From positions 38,411,680 through 38,475,679 of the forward strand of contig JARDVH010000031.1 in NCBI GenBank assembly GCA_030324005.1: a DNA stretch of 64,000 bases, written 5' to 3'. Below, one piece after another: positions 54,001-60,000 of this stretch. Below the pieces are notes generated by a model. It worked only from the letters and a program-made list of their open reading frames with translations, was not told where the DNA came from and ran no database searches. Position 1 is the stretch's first letter. Each line of letters begins with the position of its first letter. The translations under genes were made by a program, and so were the position numbers. The DNA comes from Negaprion brevirostris. Lineage: Eukaryota.

Positions 54001-57000
54001 GTTGTATATATAACTTTAGCATGATGTATATAATTACCCATGAATCTTACATTAAACAATCATATTCTTTAAAGTGCTGGAAGTGCCAAAGAAACCAGCT
54101 GCTGAACCAGTCCAACCACTTAAAATTCCAAGAGAAAAAGTCACTCCTGTAAAAGGTATATTAAAAAATCCATGTAAATACTATATCTACAGCTGTTCTT
54201 GTCAATCTGTTTTGCACAGTAACTTCTTCAATCCTATCCAGAATTTCCTTTAGTACTTTTTGTTTATCACCAAAGTAAAAATTAGAAGTAAAATCCTTTC
54301 TGTAGTAAAGATAGCAAAATACGTATTTTGCCAAAATAAATGTTCTCAAGTATGATTCCCCAATACTGAAATATGTAATGATTACTACTTACTACTCATA
54401 CATTGAATTATAGAAAGCTACATTACTTTGATTTAACAGTTGTCATGTACTTGTAATAGGGAATGTCATTTTGTGTTAATTTAGTGTTTTTTGTGTCTGG
54501 ATTTGGTCAACTAACTTTAATGTTATCTGAATCATCTTAAATGAACCTTATCTTTAAACCAATAATGTTCTTTAAAGTGCCAGAGATCCCAAAGAAACCA
54601 ATTGATGAAGAACCAGTTATGGTTTCAAGGAAGGAAGTTGCACCAACTGAAGGTACAAAAGAACACAGAAGAATTTCCATCCAAATCTTAATCTTATGCA
54701 CTGTACTGTCCTGTTATCTACAGCATTGTAAAAACATGTATTTTTTTTTCATAAATTAACTAACATCTTACTTATACTGTTTTTATTCCAGCATTTATAT
54801 ATTTATTTATGCTTAGTAATTCTTTTCTTCTGCAAAATAGTAGCTAATATAGTTTTTGTCACTCACACAACATACTGTCTGCTGCAATATTTTCCACATC
54901 CATTTAATACTTATATTGTTACAAAGTAATGTGTCCTATTCTGTTCGTTTTGTCTGTCATGTCGTTTTGAGTTTCAGTATCTTAATGGCTTTATAGATTT
55001 TCATGAAATAATTGAATTCTGAAGTAATATCATGGTAAAATTATAATAATGTTCTTTAAAGTGCCAGAGCTTCCAAGAGAACCTGTTATTGAAGTGGAGA
55101 AACCAGTTGCTATTCCAGGAAAAGAGGAGGCTCTTCCAAAAAAAGGTATAAAATAAAGGAGAGGATTTCAACCCAACGTAGTGTTCTGGCCATTCCATTA
55201 TAACATGTCTTTTGGGGCTATCTCATTAATGTAACTAAAATTTCACTTCGAACACAATTAAGACAAAATATCTTTTTATTGCCATTGATGTGTCCTTTTA
55301 TTTATGTTGTGAGGTGTCGATAAATGTAGTGTGTCTCCTTGCATTTTTCATGTCGTCCTATCTTAATTGTAAATGTCATGTTTTGTTCTTTGGAGAATAT
55401 AACCAAAACTTGAGGTTGGAACTTGAACTACTCATAGCTTAGCTTCTGGATTATTTCTTCAGGCTGCTGTTTTTGGAACTTCAATATACTTGTCTAAAGT
55501 TTGATTACACAACAGGAGTGGTCTGACTGTTTGTTAAAACAAGTTGTTTACTGATTTGGTTGGCCTGGTAGGCCAACTTCTTCTGTAAATTAAACAGGAC
55601 TGGGAGAACACAGAGAGGCCACAAGAACAGGGCAAGCTGCTAGAAGAGGCAGAGGGAGGGCTTTCAGCAGGATGTCATATTTTTAAGGCTGGTCTTTAGG
55701 GAGCAATTCTCTTATCTCAACTTCAACATGGACCAGTGTTCAAGATATCTTCACTTCACAAAATAAACCATGACTGAAATGTGCTAACTGCTGCAGCCAA
55801 GCTGCAATCTCAATGAATGGCAAGGACAGCATTGCTGTGTCTTTCAAGGTTATATAGCTCCTATCTTTGATATGTCTGATTCTTTGCAGGCTGCTTCTGG
55901 AGATGTAGCTTATATGTTAGTTTGTAATATACAGCTGCATCCGGGATGTCACGGAACCTATCTATGCAGAGAGCTTCACCTCATTTATTCTTGCTGGAGT
56001 TGAGCAGATAGAGCAATCAAGAGGGTTTACATGTGTACTCTATGGTACAGGGTGCCATGGACATCCTGCACATTGGCTTTGCATAAACCTCATGTGAACT
56101 CAGCATTTTTTACAAACCAAAAGGCATTCCACTCCCTCACTTATTTGTAGATATACATCCACAAGTAGCTCACAATGCAGATGAATATCTACTATCCTGG
56201 CAGCATTCTCTGTATCACCATGTTCTCTGTTGACCCAGTACGATAAGCCCAAGGCTGACTACTGTGCAACAATTGATATGCACTCATGACATGACTTGTT
56301 ATTCCTGTATAGGACCCACACCCATAAGCATGGCATGTCTACAAAGAAAATCATGTTGTCACAAAAAATATTACAGAGTATTCTCAAGCAACATTGTCAT
56401 TATCCGAACCAGTGTGGAGGTGCGCTGTGGTTTTCGTCTGAGCAAGCAACAATATTTGTGCTAGTTTGCTTCATGTTGCATGACATCATCTTTATGGGAA
56501 AAGAAGGGAGGACCTATTTGGTCACCCCTTTCTGTCCCAGCTCTTCTTGTATGGTAGTAGCAGCTCAGCCAATTTTCTCCAATCAGCATAATTCCATACT
56601 CCTTATCCTTCCTTTATCACAAACNNNNNNNNNNNNNNNNNNNNNNNNNNNNNNNNNNNNNNNNNNNNNNNNNNNNNNNNNNNNNNNNNNNNNNNNNNNN
56701 NNNNNNNNNNNNNNNNNNNNNNNNAAACCATCATATTCTCTTTCTGGTCTTATAAACGGAAAAAACTTCTGAAAATAAACCTTCTAATGCACTTTTATGT
56801 ATTCAGCCATGAGATAATGTATCTAAAATAGTCCAATCACTAATGTGTATTTCCCTAGTGTTACTGTTCTAGAAGGTTCAGCTTCAGACTATACCGTTTC
56901 AGCCTGGGCTGTAGCTGTCTGGAATGGCTGACGGACAGGCAACAAAAGTACAGATAGAGTGCAGAGATGGGAACAAGAATGTTGCAGTTTTGAGAGAGGT

Positions 57001-60000
57001 TCCACTGCCATTCTCATGGACCACTGCCATTCTGCTGGGACAGCTCCAAAGCAATCTTATTGATCTGCTGGACATCAAATTAATGGACAAAAAAACCCTC
57101 TGAACAATGGTCCATCAGAGCCATGATACTCTTACAACAGTGCACAGAGCTTTGGTGGAAGCTGCTGAAACTGCAATAGAAGTTGATATGTTGCCCTTAA
57201 GGAGTGATATCACAGTGAGTTCCACAGAGCTGAGCACCCATTTCAGTTTGAAAAGAATGGGCCCTAAGTCTATCCGAAGCCCTGTGCTAAATCTCTATTG
57301 GACACCGTGAGATTCCTTGATATTAAGCAGACATTGCAATGCTCTGAATGTTTGGTTATGTACACCCACCAGCTTTATTTTTTCTAAAGTGCAATCTGTC
57401 AAAATCCTTATCTGAATCTATGTTATATGACCCATTAGGATGGTTTGCCCTGGAGGGGAACTTGCCAAGCACCTGCCATTCTTGTCCTTCGCTAGAACAT
57501 GGTAGAGATTGAGAGTTTGGAACATGCTGTTAAAACAGGCTTGTTGAGTTGCTGCAATGCAGCTTGTAGATGGTACACACTGCAGCCACTGTGCACCTGT
57601 GATGAATGGATTGAATGTTTAAGGTTTGGAGGGGGGCATTAATCAGGAATGCTACATTTTTCCTGGATGGCGTCAAGCTTCTTTGGTGTTGGAGCTGCAT
57701 TCATCTTGGCAAGTGGAGAATGTTCCATCACACTCCTGTTTTATACCTTGTAAATGATGGGCAAACTTTGGTTCACTTCAGAATTCCCAGTCTCTGACCT
57801 GCTCTTGTACAATAAGAAGTCTCACAACACCAGGTTAAAGTCCAACAGGTTTATTGGTAACACAAGCCACAAGCTTTCAGAGCGCTTCTCCTTCTTCTGT
57901 TCACAAATAGGGCATATAAAGACACTGCTCTCGTAGCCACGGCTTTTGCAGTTAAGTTTCTGGTTAATGGTATCACCACCCCCCACCGCACNNNNNNNNN
58001 NAGGATGTTGATGATGTGAAATTCAGTGATCGTAAGACTGCTAAACATCAAGGGGAGATGATTAGTTTTTTCTCTTGTTGAGATGGTCATAGCCTGGCAC
58101 TTGTATGGATATTAGTTACTACTTATCAGTCCAAGTGTGAATGTTTCCCCAATCTTGGTACATCTGGACACAAACTGCATCAGTGTCTGAGGAGTTGCAG
58201 GAAAGTACTGAACGTCATGTAATTGTCCCCACTACTGACTGAATTTTGCAGCAAACTTCATTGATAAAGTAGCTGAAGATGTTTGGGCTTGGAACACTAC
58301 CCTGAGGAACTCCTGCAGTAAACTCCTAGGGCCAAGATGATTATCAATAACCATAAGCATTTTGCATTGTGCTAGCTATGACTCCAACTAATGTAGAGTT
58401 TTCCCATTTGCTTCTTGATGCCACATTCAGTAAAAGCAAGCCTTGATGTTGATAACGGATATTCTCCCCTCACTGCCTGTATTCAACTCTTTTTTTCTGC
58501 AGCTGAATGGCCCTGGCAGACCTCAAACTAAACATCTATGAGCAGGTTATTGCTGTGCAAGTGTCGCTTGATATCACTGCCACCACCATCTTCTATTACG
58601 TTGCTGTTGATTAAGAATAGGCTGTTGGGACAATAATTCACCAGGCTGGATTTTTCTGCTTTTTGTGGACAGGGCATGTCTGGACACTTTTGCATATTGT
58701 CAGGTAGAGGCCAGCATTGCAGTTGTGCTGGAAAGTTGGCTGGAACTTGATCCTTCTGGAGCACAAGACTACAACTTGGATGTTGATAGGACCCATTATA
58801 GTTCTTGTAGCTGGTACTGTCAACCCGTTCCTGGTATCAGGTGGAGTGAATTGAACGAGTTGATGACTAGTATCTGCAATCTTTTGACCTCAAAAGGAGG
58901 CTGAGATGGATCAAGCAATTGACATTCCAATCGGAAGATGGTTGCAAATGTTTCAGCTCTGTCTTTTTCATTGGGTTCCAGTTTGTGGAGTCTCCTCATC
59001 CTGTTAGTCGTTTCATTGTCCACCACTTCTCATGTATGAATGAAACAGAACTGCAGAGATTTGATCTGGTTCATTGTTTGTACACTCGCTCAACGCTGCC
59101 TATTGTGAGCTGCTCCCAGCTTTTAGCATAAATGTGGTGTTGTCTTATAACTTCACCATGTTGGAATCTTATCTTGAGGTTTGCATGGTGCTGCTCCTGA
59201 TTGATTGAACCAGCATTGATCCTCTGACTTGATGGTAATGGAAGACTGAGGGATGCAGCAGGTGATGGTTACACATTGCAGTTAAATACATGATGCTCCT
59301 GTCCTTGTTTCAAGGATGCCAGGTTTTGAGCAGTTAACTCTGTTCTGAATCTATCCCATTTAGCATGATGGTGGTTCCATCCAACAGCACACAAGCTCAG
59401 TTTGACAGCAGCTATGTCCTTCAGGGCAGACCAGCTTGATCAGGAGTGTTGCTAATGAACCACTATTCTTGATTGGCATTGAAATCCTGCTTGGAGTAGA
59501 CATTCTGTGCTACCCTGAATACCTCTTCTAAATAAACACAGAGGAATACTAATCAACAGCTGAGGCAATGTGGCAGGAAGAAGGTTTCCTTACCTATTTT
59601 TCACTTATTAACATCAGAGTTCACAAAGTCTGGAGATAATGTTATGAGAGCTTCCAAGATCAGTTCCTCCCCACCCTATACCACTGTGTCACCAAGATTG
59701 GTAGGTGTGTCTAGCTGGTTGGACAGGACACACGCGGGCACAGTGAGTCCAGGACGTTGGCTGTAAGGTATGATACAGTGAGTATGGCTATGTCAGGGTG
59801 ATGCTGGGCTCATCTGTGAAACAACTCTTCCAATTATTGCACAAGTACTAGGGCATTTGTGATGATGACATTGCAGGATCAGCAGGGCAGGATGTGCCTT
59901 TGTCTTTTGTGGTGTTCTGGTCAATGTTGGGTGGGGTCCATCTGGTTTTATTTTAACCAGTTTCTTCCCTCATGTTTGTGTCAGTGAGGATACATAACGT

